Shown: one piece after another, positions 1 to 9,336 of the stretch
Numbering within the stretch: the first letter of the stretch is position 1
Layout: every line of letters begins with the position of its first letter
Assembly: GCA_029858565.1 (NCBI GenBank)
Contig: JAOUEV010000006.1
Span: 46,963-110,962, forward strand
Direction of reading: 5' to 3'
Origin: Nitrospirota bacterium
GTDB lineage: Bacteria; Nitrospirota; UBA9217
DNA length: 64,000 bases
Notes under the pieces: generated by a model
Seen by the model: the letters and a program-made list of their open reading frames with translations, nothing else
Told to the model about the DNA's origin: nothing
Databases searched by the model: none
Program-made: the position numbers and the translations under genes

Positions 1-1
1 C

Positions 2-901
2 GCCGCCGGCGGCCACAACATCATCATGATCGGCCCTCCGGGGTCAGGCAAGACCATGCTCGCGCGTCGTCTTCCGTCGGTGCTTCCGCGGATGAGCTTT
101 GACGAATCCATCGAGACCACCAAGATCCACAGCATCATGGGATTGCTCAAGCAGGGCCAGCCTTTGATCGCAACAAGACCGTTCCGCAGCCCTCATCATA
201 CAATTTCCGACGCCGGCCTGATCGGCGGAGGCCAGGTCCCGAAGCCCGGCGAGGTCAGCCTGTCCCATAATGGGGTGCTTTTCCTGGACGAGTTGCCGGA
301 GTTCAAGCGCAATGTGCTTGAAGCGCTCCGTCAGCCGCTCGAAGACGGCCAGGTGACCATCTCCCGCGCTTTAACCTCGCTCACCTATCCCGCGTCGCTC
401 ATGCTCGTGGCTGCCATGAACCCCTGTAAGTGCCAGGGCCGGGGCGATCCACAACGGCCTTGCACCTGCACGCCGAACCAGATCAGGCAGTATCAGTCGA
501 AGATCTCCGGTCCGCTCCTGGACAGGATCGATATACACGTCGAGGTTCCTGCAGTGAAGTTCAACGAGATATCATCGGATAAAGCAGCTGAACCATCGAT
601 TGCGATCAGGGATCGTGTTGTCAAAGCTCGAACAATCCAGTATGAGCGGTTCATTAATGATGGGATCTATTCCAACGCGCAGATGAAACCGAGACATATC
701 CGTAAATACTGCAAGATCGACGATGACTCGCTGCGGCTCATGGAAATGGCCATGAACCGGCTGGGACTTTCCGCGCGGGCATACAGCCGCATCCTGAAGG
801 TGTCACGAACGATCGCGGATATCGAGTGCAGCGATAAAATAGCTTCCCATCACATCTCAGAAGCGATCCAGTATCGGAGCTTGGATAGAAAAGCGGTCTG
901 A
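2..901 (+). CDS. comM: ComM/YifB Mg-chelatase-like AAA+ ATPase, 5'-truncated by the window edge; 3' part after ~nt 433 probably island-supplied
   Basis: [18 protein letters not shown] Walker [59 protein letters not shown]. Confidence 0.95.
   Translation, partial: AAGGHNIIMIGPPGSGKTMLARRLPSVLPRMSFDESIETTKIHSIMGLLKQGQPLIATRPFRSPHHTISDAGLIGGGQVPKPGEVSLSHNGVLFLDELPEFKRNVLEALRQPLEDGQVTISRALTSLTYPASLMLVAAMNPCKCQGRGDPQRPCTCTPNQIRQYQSKISGPLLDRIDIHVEVPAVKFNEISSDKAAEPSIAIRDRVVKARTIQYERFINDGIYSNAQMKPRHIRKYCKIDDDSLRLMEMAMNRLGLSARAYSRILKVSRTIADIECSDKIASHHISEAIQYRSLDRKAV
419..433 (+). repeat. Putative attL core (NPCKC codons of comM)
   Basis: 14/15 identical to 9336-9350. Confidence 0.7.
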
Positions 902-986
902 TTTCAAAAGGACTTTTCCAGATTTCTCACACAAGATATTTCCGATAAAAAAATAACTGTAATAATAATTTATTTGCACATTTCTG

Positions 987-1019
987 TTGACAAGGGATTG
1001 CGATTTCACTATAATCGCA
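987..1019 (+). promoter_or_regulatory. Consensus sigma70 promoter for the Rhs gene with an overlapping inverted-repeat operator
   Basis: TTGACA (987-992)-N17-TATAAT (1010-1015); TGCGATT-N7-AATCGCA (999-1019). Confidence 0.8.
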
Positions 1020-1152
1020 GCCAATTTACCCCTCGTTGTCGCACTTCACTATAAAAAGTAATTGAGAGTCCTTTCAACGACGCTGTCGATGCAGCATGCA
1101 CGCATTCGTCGTGATATTGAGACCTATTGTCACTTGATCATAGGAGAATGGC

Positions 1153-4100
1153 ATGTTTTTTCTAAACCGTTGGAGCATACTTAAAGCAGTTTTGCATGCA
1201 GTGATTTTGACAGTTATGACTGTTAGCACTGTTTTTGCTGTCGAGTCTGGCCAGACTGCTCCAAAAAAATCATCTGGATTGGGTGGCGAGGGCAGTGGTG
1301 GCTCCGGGTCTGTAGTGCCTGATCTCTCAACGGGGTCATTTTCCTATTCCATTCCGATTGAAGTGCCTGCCGGTCGTAAAGGCATGAATCCCAATTTATC
1401 CCTAATTTATAATAGTACAAACGGCAGGAGCTGGGTCGGTTACGGATGGGAGTTAGAAAGTGGAGCTATCGAACGGAATAATAAAAGTGGCGTCGATTAT
1501 AGTAAGGAAGACTATATATTACGCATGGGCGGAGCGACGAGTGAGCTTATTAAAATAGAGACCAACGAGCTCGGCCAACCCGTAACAAATGAATTTCGAG
1601 TGAAAATTGAAGGGGCCTTTTTCCTCATAAAAAAGGTTGCCGCAACGAACTCATGGGAGCTCATTGACAAGAAAGGGGTCCACTATTACTTTGGCCAAAC
1701 AACGCTTTCACGGCTGGATAACCCAGCAAATGCCAATGAAATATTCAAGTGGTGTCTCGATCGAGTCGAAGATACAAACGGTAATTACATGACGTTATCT
1801 TATAATAAAACGTATCTTCAAATTCCCTGGGCTTTGCCGGACGATGCACAATTATACTTGAAAGAAATCGCGTATGCTGGCAATACAAATACGGGTTTAC
1901 TACCAACAGTCAATGTCAAGTTCTATACGGAGCTCAATTACGACAAGACCGACAGCGGTTCTTCAAACTTTCGGGTACGAACTGCTTATAGACTAAAATC
2001 GATCGATATTAGTGCAAACGGGAACCGCGTGCGCGCCTATCGTCTCCGGTACGATGTCGATCCGGGCGCAACCGGGAATCAGAATAGTCCTAGTAGCGGA
2101 CGCTATTTGCTTACGAGCGTGGAACAGTATGGAAGCGACGCGGACGTCTCCCCCACCACCGGCGATGTAACCGGAAGTTCTTTGCCCGCCACGACATTTT
2201 CTTACCCTCTTAACACGAACGGCTTTTCTGTGCAGGAATGGACAGGAATGCCGAATTGGGGTGACGCAGCATATACATGGGTAGGCGATTTCGATGGCGA
2301 TGGTATGATGGACATTGCAACAGCAACAGCGAACGGTACAGCTATTTGGATTAAACACTCTCAAGGCATGACGAGCAGCCAATATTTTGTTGAAGAACAA
2401 TGGGCATCCGGTTTGAATACCATAGGGCCATCGAATTTTACCTGGGCAGGCGATTTTGACGGAGATGGAAAGACCGATATTGCAACTATCGTTAACGGTA
2501 TTGTTCGAGTCAGACTGTCAAGACCCGATAATCCACTTGGTAGCAGATTTGTAGAACAACCGTGGTCAACCACAATTACTACCTATTACGGTGGAATGAC
2601 TTGGGCAGGCGATTTTAACGGCGATGGGAAAACCGACATAGCATATGGCGTGCCGGGGAGCGGTAGCTGGAATATTTGGGTCCTCGCATCGAACGGCGCT
2701 GGGTTCGATTCACCGCAGGTTTGGCAAAGTAATTCGGTAAATTGGGGCACAACGTTGCTCGGCGACTTTAACGGTGATGGGAAAACCGATATCGCGACGT
2801 ATGCAGGTGGAACGATTTGGTTAAAAGTCGCGCGGCCGGATCTGCCTTCGGGGCAGAGATTTCCAGAAACGGCAACAACTAATGTCCCTAGTTGGGGCCA
2901 AAGTGTCTGGGTGGGCGACTTCAATGGCGATGGTCGGATGGATATTGCGACAGGAACAATAAATGGTTTGTTCGGTGGACCCGGCACGTTATGGGTAAAA
3001 ATATCCACAGGAAATTATTTCATCGAACAACTATGGTGGTCCGGAACTTATACACCCTTAATAATTCCTAATTCAGAATGGATAGGCGATTTTAATGGGG
3101 ATGGGAGAACTGATATAGCCTCATTGTACAGCAATTCTCAAATCAGTATTAAACAATCAACCGGATTTAGTTTTACTGAACAGTTGTACACGGTAAGCGG
3201 TCTTTGGAGCGATGGCGGATATAACTGGGCAGGCGATTTCAATGGTGACGGCAAGGACGATTTAGCAACCGGATGGTATGGATCGATCTGGATCAGAAAG
3301 GCAAATGTTTTTCAAGTGGATCGGCTGACCTCGATCAAAGATAGTATGGGAAGCACCACTACCATTCAGTACGATTGTTCTACCGATTTTCGCTGGAACA
3401 ATACATTGATGCCTTTTCCTGTCCAGACAGTCAGCGAGATCAGAGTCAACGACGGCAACGGAGTTGAGTCATCAACTTTATATACATACCTTGGTGCCTA
3501 CTACCACATCGGTGATAGAGATTTTCGGGGTTTCAACCAAACACAGGTTGTCGGGCCACACGGACCAAACGGAGAAAATGCAACGACAATTACATGGTTT
3601 CACCAAGGCAGGGATACAGGTGTTGATGAGAATCATCCAGAAGTGTCGAATGGTTATATGAAAGGTCGGCCTTATCGAACTAAGGTAGTAGGCAATCATA
3701 ATAAAACATATTCTGAATCGACAATTACCTATGCTCCCGACGATTCTGCACCTTACTTTAACCCAGCTTCAGAGGTAATTTCATATATTTGCGATGGCGA
3801 TGAGTGTGGTCTTGATTCAAAGAAGACTCTCGCATTCGATCGATTTGGTAACCTGCAGGAGGAGCGTGTATATGGTTCAGCCAGTGCTCAATCACCGGAG
3901 CGAAGGGTCGTACATACTTATGCCGAGAACAGCTCATCGGATAAGTGGATCGTGAGTCTACCTCTGACTGTGGAGCTTTATGATCAGAACAACGCCCTTA
4001 TGGCAAAAAAGCGGATCTATTATGATGGGGTGGGAGGTTGCACGCAGTCTGCCGGTCTTGCGACGCCGGAAAAAGGAAATGTCACGCGTATTGTCAATGA

Positions 4101-7100
4101 ACATATAGATCCTCTTCCGCAACTACAACCCGTTATTGGTGATATAGAAATCGGTATGGGCTATTATGCTGACGGAAATACCGCATGCATGCGTGACGCG
4201 CGTGGAAGTATAGTCTCAATCGCCGAAACAGATTACGACACTTCCCGTACATTCCTGCTAAAAAAGAGAAATGCCCTGGGCCATGAGACAGCCACGAAGT
4301 ATTACGGAGTTGATCAGGAACCTACAGACAATGGTTTATATGGTCAGGTTAAGAGCATTACCGGTCCGAACGGTGCGGCAGAGATAGTAAATTCCCAATA
4401 TGATAGTTTCGGGCGTCGCATTAGAGTTGACCTGCCTGATGGTACCTGGCAGACGTGGCAGTACAACAATATCGGTTCTATCGGGACCCAGCATATTCAA
4501 ACAACGAATAGCGCGGGATTGAGTGCTTGGACATATTTTGACGGACTCGGACGGACTTTCCTGCAAAAGCAGGTAGGCCCGGATGGAAAAACTATCGCTC
4601 AAAATACAGAATATAACAATACAGGAACGGTGAAACGTTCATCTTTGCCCTATTATTACGGCTTGGAAAGCGTCCGTTATGTGAACTTTGTTTATGACTC
4701 CATAGGACGAGTCATACAAAAAAACAATCCAGACGCCACAACGGAATATGCATGCTATGACGATGGTGTTATCACTTCGATCGATGCAGAAGGAAAGAGA
4801 AAACGCGAAATTCGCAATGCCTTCGGGCAGTTAATCAAAGTCGAGGAGTACATTGGAACGGGAACTTCCTGCACGCTCAACGCTTCGGACGTATATGCCA
4901 CGACAACTTACACCTATGATGCAGCGGGCAATCTTCGTTTTGTAACAGATGCTGAAAACCACGTAATGGAAATGCGTTATGATTCGCTGGGTCGCAAATT
5001 TTATATGAAAGATCCAGACATGGGTGAATGGTACTACAAGCACGATGAAAATGGAAATCTCAAGCGACAAAAAGACGCGAATCTTGCGGTAATAACGTTC
5101 GACTATGATAATATCAACAGGCTATCTCTAAAAACTTATCCGGATGCAAAAACGGTCCAGTACGTTTACGACGATCCATCTGCTGCTTATTCAAAAGGCC
5201 GTTTGACATCAATGGTCGACGAGTCAGGCGTAACGAGCTATTCTTATGATATTGTAGGCCGTGTCGTAACTGTGAAAAAACGAATAGACGGGCAGGATTA
5301 CACTGTAACGACTGGCTATTCGAGTGGTCGCTTGTCTAGCATATCCTATCCCGATCCACAAGGGACTGACCCATTAACGGTGAATCATTCTTACGACGGC
5401 GGTGGAAATCTACACCAGCTATCGAGCAGCGCACAGACATTTCTGACTCTCACTGGATACAATGCCCTGGCTCAGCCTGGAACTGCGACCATGGGTAATG
5501 GAGCAGCGACAGTTTATCAATATTACCAGACGAACAATCGTCTTCAGAGAATTACGACGACCGGTGCATCTCAGACGCATCTGGATATTACGTATGACTA
5601 TTATGACGCAGGTAATGTCAAGGAAATCAAGGATCAGCGCGATAATGCACGCTCGCAATGGTTTATTTACGACGATCTGAACAGGCTAGTCGAGGCGCAG
5701 AGTACACTTTATGGCGCTTTATTCTTTAGCTATAACCAAACTGGCAATATCCTTTCGAAACCAGTAGAACCATTGGCTGGGAATGGTGGGGCTCTCCCGA
5801 GCGGCGCAACGCCTACCTGTCCAACCGGCACTGCGCTCAATGGTGCAACCGGTCGCTGTGAAGCAGTGCCGCAATGCAATTCAGGAACGTATAGCTCTTC
5901 CCAAAATATATGTATGTCGGAAAGTTTGAGCGAACCATCCTGTCTTGCGGGGAGTCAACTTGATATAACAAGGGATCAGTGCATTGCTGCTGCTACTGTT
6001 ACTACAACCTATTCTGATCCCAGTTGTCCCACGTATTCCCGGATGTACAGTCAGTTTCCTAGGGTTGATCCAACAACCGACCAGTGCAGTTATTACTCGA
6101 CCTCAGGATGTAGCTCAAGCATGTGTACAGGCCAAGGTTTGACATTTACGGGTTGTAAAATCATACCTGCCATTGGTTACCGTACGACATGTCTTGGGCC
6201 AGCGCCATCTTGTTCCGTCGGTACCTATGACGCCTTCCGTAATGCATGTGCGTTAACCACAATATCTTGCCCGGCAGGACTTGCTTATAACTCATCAACG
6301 CAGGATTGTGTTGCAGCACCTGTATGCGCCAGCGGAACTTACGATCTTTCCCGGAATAAATGCGTCTCAAGCTCCACCGCTGCTGCAACTTGCCCAGCAG
6401 GAACAACGCTGAATGGCATTTCGGATAAATGTGAAGCGATGCCGACTTGTTCAGCGGGTTCTTATGACGCGGGTCAGAACACATGCGTTTACAATATCGT
6501 GCCTGCTACAACATATACATACGACGGGACTGCACATGCGCTAACCTCTACGTCAGATGGTCGCGTCTATCAACACGATTCGAATGGGAACATGTGGTCA
6601 GATGGTCTGCGAACGATAAACTACAATTACGATAACTTACCGATATCAATAACTTATAGTGGTATAACGACTACGCTTGTTTATGACGGAAACGGTGATC
6701 GGGTCAAAAAAATTACGCCGTCCGGTACGACAATTTACATAGGAAAACTTGCTGAGTGCATAAACGGCGAGTGCACAAAGTACATTTTTGCGGGAGGGAC
6801 GCGGATTGCCGCAAAGTTTTACAATGATATCAATTACTATCATCAGGACCATCTCGGTAGTACCCGGGTCGTAACTGATGGAAGCGGAAACAGTGCCGAG
6901 GGCATCCAATACTATCCTTTCGGTGCCACGCTAAGCGACACAGGTAGCAACTTCAATCACAGATACACATCTCAGGAATATGATAGGGAAACCGGGCTAT
7001 ATTATTACAACGCGAGGTACTATAACCCGACGCTGGGAAGGTTCATTAGTCCGGATTCAATTGTTCCTGATCCGGCCAATCCCCAGGCTTTGAACCGATA

Positions 7101-8013
7101 CAGTTACGTCATCAACAATCCGGTAAACTATACAGATCCAAGCGGACATGCGTTCTGGAAGCGAATGAACAATTGGTCGAAAAAACCATGGGTTGCTTTT
7201 GCGTTACAGATGATTCCTGGTGCCATTGCTCCTGGAGTCGCAGAATTCGCCACATATCAACTGACGAAATCAAAGAGAGGTCGGCAAATACTAATCGCAG
7301 AAGCTGTCATAGCAACAATTGCGGTGTCTTGTGGGGCTACTGCGGAGGCGTCAGCGGCAGGTGCGTCAGAAGGAGGGATGGCAACAGCAGACACTTCGCA
7401 AATATTTGAAGTATACCCATACGATTTCATCGCACCAAATTCTGCCAATGGTGGTTCAGTCATCAGCGGTACGGGTAGTACTGGTAGCGCTGGTGCGGCA
7501 TCTTATGGATCTTCGGAAGAAATTGCAAGGCAGTCTCTTGCCGCGATAAAATATGGCGGCACTGCATATATTTCCTATCAAGGCATCAGTGCCGTGGGTG
7601 GAGCAATTGGCACGCCACGCAGTGGAGGGGACCACGGCGGCTCCAATGGTGGCGGACAAAATGGGTATAAAAGTGGATATTGGGATGTAAATACATCCGG
7701 CGGATTTATCATTGGGTATACTCATGGATGGCTATTTACTGGAAGTAATCATTATGTCTATTCTGGTGGTGGACTTGTGACGCCGGGATATGGTGGTTCC
7801 ATTACTTGGTCATCATCTGCTCCAACTCCTGGGTGGAATGCAGCACTGCAAGTTCAATTTGGTATTGCTATTCAAGTAGGTTATGGGTTTGGTCCTAGTG
7901 GTGGCTGGTTTGGGGAGGTTGGTGGAGGGTGGCCCCCAGGCGCATCATTGACCGGTTACTTCGTTTTTGAAGGCAGACGCAATAATTTACCAAAATTATT
8001 GCCATCACATTAA
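1153..8013 (+). CDS. Secreted SpvB / FG-GAP / YD-repeat Rhs polymorphic toxin (TcB-TcC-like fusion) with a Cys-rich insert
   Basis: Signal peptide (..TVSTVFA); SpvB-like TGSFSYSIPIEVPAGR..PNLSLIYNS; seven GDF[DN]GDG repeats; RDFRGF; YD repeats; Rhs core YYHQDHLGS..YYNARYYNPTLGRFISPD..NPVNYTDPSG; Gly-rich C-terminal tip. Confidence 0.92.
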   Translation: MFFLNRWSILKAVLHAVILTVMTVSTVFAVESGQTAPKKSSGLGGEGSGGSGSVVPDLSTGSFSYSIPIEVPAGRKGMNPNLSLIYNSTNGRSWVGYGWELESGAIERNNKSGVDYSKEDYILRMGGATSELIKIETNELGQPVTNEFRVKIEGAFFLIKKVAATNSWELIDKKGVHYYFGQTTLSRLDNPANANEIFKWCLDRVEDTNGNYMTLSYNKTYLQIPWALPDDAQLYLKEIAYAGNTNTGLLPTVNVKFYTELNYDKTDSGSSNFRVRTAYRLKSIDISANGNRVRAYRLRYDVDPGATGNQNSPSSGRYLLTSVEQYGSDADVSPTTGDVTGSSLPATTFSYPLNTNGFSVQEWTGMPNWGDAAYTWVGDFDGDGMMDIATATANGTAIWIKHSQGMTSSQYFVEEQWASGLNTIGPSNFTWAGDFDGDGKTDIATIVNGIVRVRLSRPDNPLGSRFVEQPWSTTITTYYGGMTWAGDFNGDGKTDIAYGVPGSGSWNIWVLASNGAGFDSPQVWQSNSVNWGTTLLGDFNGDGKTDIATYAGGTIWLKVARPDLPSGQRFPETATTNVPSWGQSVWVGDFNGDGRMDIATGTINGLFGGPGTLWVKISTGNYFIEQLWWSGTYTPLIIPNSEWIGDFNGDGRTDIASLYSNSQISIKQSTGFSFTEQLYTVSGLWSDGGYNWAGDFNGDGKDDLATGWYGSIWIRKANVFQVDRLTSIKDSMGSTTTIQYDCSTDFRWNNTLMPFPVQTVSEIRVNDGNGVESSTLYTYLGAYYHIGDRDFRGFNQTQVVGPHGPNGENATTITWFHQGRDTGVDENHPEVSNGYMKGRPYRTKVVGNHNKTYSESTITYAPDDSAPYFNPASEVISYICDGDECGLDSKKTLAFDRFGNLQEERVYGSASAQSPERRVVHTYAENSSSDKWIVSLPLTVELYDQNNALMAKKRIYYDGVGGCTQSAGLATPEKGNVTRIVNEHIDPLPQLQPVIGDIEIGMGYYADGNTACMRDARGSIVSIAETDYDTSRTFLLKKRNALGHETATKYYGVDQEPTDNGLYGQVKSITGPNGAAEIVNSQYDSFGRRIRVDLPDGTWQTWQYNNIGSIGTQHIQTTNSAGLSAWTYFDGLGRTFLQKQVGPDGKTIAQNTEYNNTGTVKRSSLPYYYGLESVRYVNFVYDSIGRVIQKNNPDATTEYACYDDGVITSIDAEGKRKREIRNAFGQLIKVEEYIGTGTSCTLNASDVYATTTYTYDAAGNLRFVTDAENHVMEMRYDSLGRKFYMKDPDMGEWYYKHDENGNLKRQKDANLAVITFDYDNINRLSLKTYPDAKTVQYVYDDPSAAYSKGRLTSMVDESGVTSYSYDIVGRVVTVKKRIDGQDYTVTTGYSSGRLSSISYPDPQGTDPLTVNHSYDGGGNLHQLSSSAQTFLTLTGYNALAQPGTATMGNGAATVYQYYQTNNRLQRITTTGASQTHLDITYDYYDAGNVKEIKDQRDNARSQWFIYDDLNRLVEAQSTLYGALFFSYNQTGNILSKPVEPLAGNGGALPSGATPTCPTGTALNGATGRCEAVPQCNSGTYSSSQNICMSESLSEPSCLAGSQLDITRDQCIAAATVTTTYSDPSCPTYSRMYSQFPRVDPTTDQCSYYSTSGCSSSMCTGQGLTFTGCKIIPAIGYRTTCLGPAPSCSVGTYDAFRNACALTTISCPAGLAYNSSTQDCVAAPVCASGTYDLSRNKCVSSSTAAATCPAGTTLNGISDKCEAMPTCSAGSYDAGQNTCVYNIVPATTYTYDGTAHALTSTSDGRVYQHDSNGNMWSDGLRTINYNYDNLPISITYSGITTTLVYDGNGDRVKKITPSGTTIYIGKLAECINGECTKYIFAGGTRIAAKFYNDINYYHQDHLGSTRVVTDGSGNSAEGIQYYPFGATLSDTGSNFNHRYTSQEYDRETGLYYYNARYYNPTLGRFISPDSIVPDPANPQALNRYSYVINNPVNYTDPSGHAFWKRMNNWSKKPWVAFALQMIPGAIAPGVAEFATYQLTKSKRGRQILIAEAVIATIAVSCGATAEASAAGASEGGMATADTSQIFEVYPYDFIAPNSANGGSVISGTGSTGSAGAASYGSSEEIARQSLAAIKYGGTAYISYQGISAVGGAIGTPRSGGDHGGSNGGGQNGYKSGYWDVNTSGGFIIGYTHGWLFTGSNHYVYSGGGLVTPGYGGSITWSSSAPTPGWNAALQVQFGIAIQVGYGFGPSGGWFGEVGGGWPPGASLTGYFVFEGRRNNLPKLLPSH

Positions 8014-8037
8014 TAGACTCTATTAAGGCGGATAACA

Positions 8038-8262
8038 ATGAATGAAATTGCATTTGGAGTCATGGGCTTATTTATAGGGTTTCTCCTAATTTATTTCAAT
8101 AAGCAATTTGCTCGTTTGCTTGTTGAACAGCAGAATAAGTTTTGGGGGTTCCATTTTGATCATAGAGAAATAATGATTTCAAGAATTGGCGCGTTTATTG
8201 CTGGTGCCGGTTTTGTTATAGCAGGATTATTAATGGTATTTAAGATAATACATTTTAAATAA
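8038..8262 (+). CDS. Small 2-TM membrane protein, probable cognate immunity protein
   Basis: 74 aa, two hydrophobic segments, directly after the Rhs gene. Confidence 0.65.
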   Translation: MNEIAFGVMGLFIGFLLIYFNKQFARLLVEQQNKFWGFHFDHREIMISRIGAFIAGAGFVIAGLLMVFKIIHFK

Positions 8263-8381
8263 ATAGGGTCAATTGAACTGACCCCCTCCGTTTAGACAAT
8301 AACACAAAGCGAGTTATTGAAGGAGGCTCTCAAGCTAATGAATTCGTAGTGCCCCGTGCTCCACAGGCTGGTTCCAACTAG
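8262..8381 (+). pseudogene. Degenerate orphan Rhs core-end/toxin-tip remnant
   Basis: Frame reads N-R-V-N-*-T-D-P-L-R-L-DNNTKRVIEGGSQANEFVVPRAPQAGSN*, resembling NPVNxTDPxGL; ends 9 nt before the next gene. Confidence 0.5.
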
Positions 8382-8390
8382 CGATGAAAA

Positions 8391-8759
8391 ATGAAACCAC
8401 CATTATTCGTGATTGAAGGTTTTGATATTAGTGCTTATGCTTCGCTTGAAAAGCTTGAGAACCACCTGGAGCCATTCTTTGTGAAGGAAGTAAATTATAA
8501 GGCATATGATTCTGAAGGAAGACTCTTGACTCTATCAGTGAAGGTCGAGCGCAAGCCATTTTTTTTTGGATTGTTTAAGGCAGAACGAAAGTGTGTTGTC
8601 ATGCAGTCGGTTGAGTTAGAACCCAAATATCAAAAAGATCTACATGATGCGCTTGTAAATAATTTAGCCTATACAACTGAAGAGAATAAATCAACGTACC
8701 AAGAAATGTCACTAAGTAAATTGATCGATATATTTGTGAAAATTAATGGCTTAACTTGA
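8391..8759 (+). CDS. Hypothetical protein, probable orphan immunity protein
   Basis: 122 aa, PPLFVIEG..LEP..YKAYDSEGRLL, AT-rich, downstream of the Rhs tip remnant. Confidence 0.6.
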   Translation: MKPPLFVIEGFDISAYASLEKLENHLEPFFVKEVNYKAYDSEGRLLTLSVKVERKPFFFGLFKAERKCVVMQSVELEPKYQKDLHDALVNNLAYTTEENKSTYQEMSLSKLIDIFVKINGLT

Positions 8760-8880
8760 AATCGGGAGTTTAACAGTAGCTGACTGAATCATCTAAACAT
8801 GCCTACTGAACCAAGGTTAACGTTAACCCAATAATTTGATATTTGAGTACTTGATCAGAATTGTAAATTCGCGCATGAAC

Positions 8881-9336
8881 TCAATAAATATTTTTCAAAT
8901 TATGCTGTAGAAATTGATTGATGCTTCGAATGTTCCGCTTGCACGGCCGCATGCCACGGCTTATCCAATCCAGCAGCTGCTCCGGATCCCGCCCCATAAC
9001 AGCCCCCAGCCGCTCAAAGGATAGCCCGTTTACCATCTTAAAGTACCTGAGCCTGCCGAGGGTGTCTTCCGGGCAGGGGAATGGGACATATCCCAGAAAT
9101 CGTATGATAGCCGGCATATGTCGGATCTCAGGTTCTGTACCCCGTTCCCAGTTATAGACCGAGGCTTCGGATACCCCTATTTGCTCGGCAGCCTGTCTTT
9201 GGAATAATCCTAAATCTATTCGTCGCTTACGGAGATGCTCGCCAATGGATTTCGGGTTGCTCGGGTAGCCGGGTCGTGCTACAATCGGCCGTGGTAAAGA
9301 ATAACTATAAACCGGCCACTCTAAAAAGCTGAACAA
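8881..9336 (-). CDS. XRE-family double helix-turn-helix protein starting at the island's right junction
   Basis: YPSNPKSIGEHLRKRRIDLGLFQRQAAEQIGVSEASVYNWERG and a second HTH GLSFERLGAVMGRD; start uncertain (TTG at 9336). Confidence 0.8.
   Translation of the reverse strand: MFSFLEWPVYSYSLPRPIVARPGYPSNPKSIGEHLRKRRIDLGLFQRQAAEQIGVSEASVYNWERGTEPEIRHMPAIIRFLGYVPFPCPEDTLGRLRYFKMVNGLSFERLGAVMGRDPEQLLDWISRGMRPCKRNIRSINQFLQHNLKNIY

Noticed and set aside
2278-3270. Regularly recurring GGCGATTTTAACGGCGATGG-like DNA repeats, a possible CRISPR-like array
   Set aside because: They are coding FG-GAP repeats at ~160-180 nt spacing with synonymous variation; no cas genes in the window
8274-8298. TGAACTGACCCC...TTAGACA resembles an IS3-family terminal inverted repeat
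   Set aside because: No transposase and no partner end seen; better explained as a degenerate Rhs NxTDP motif
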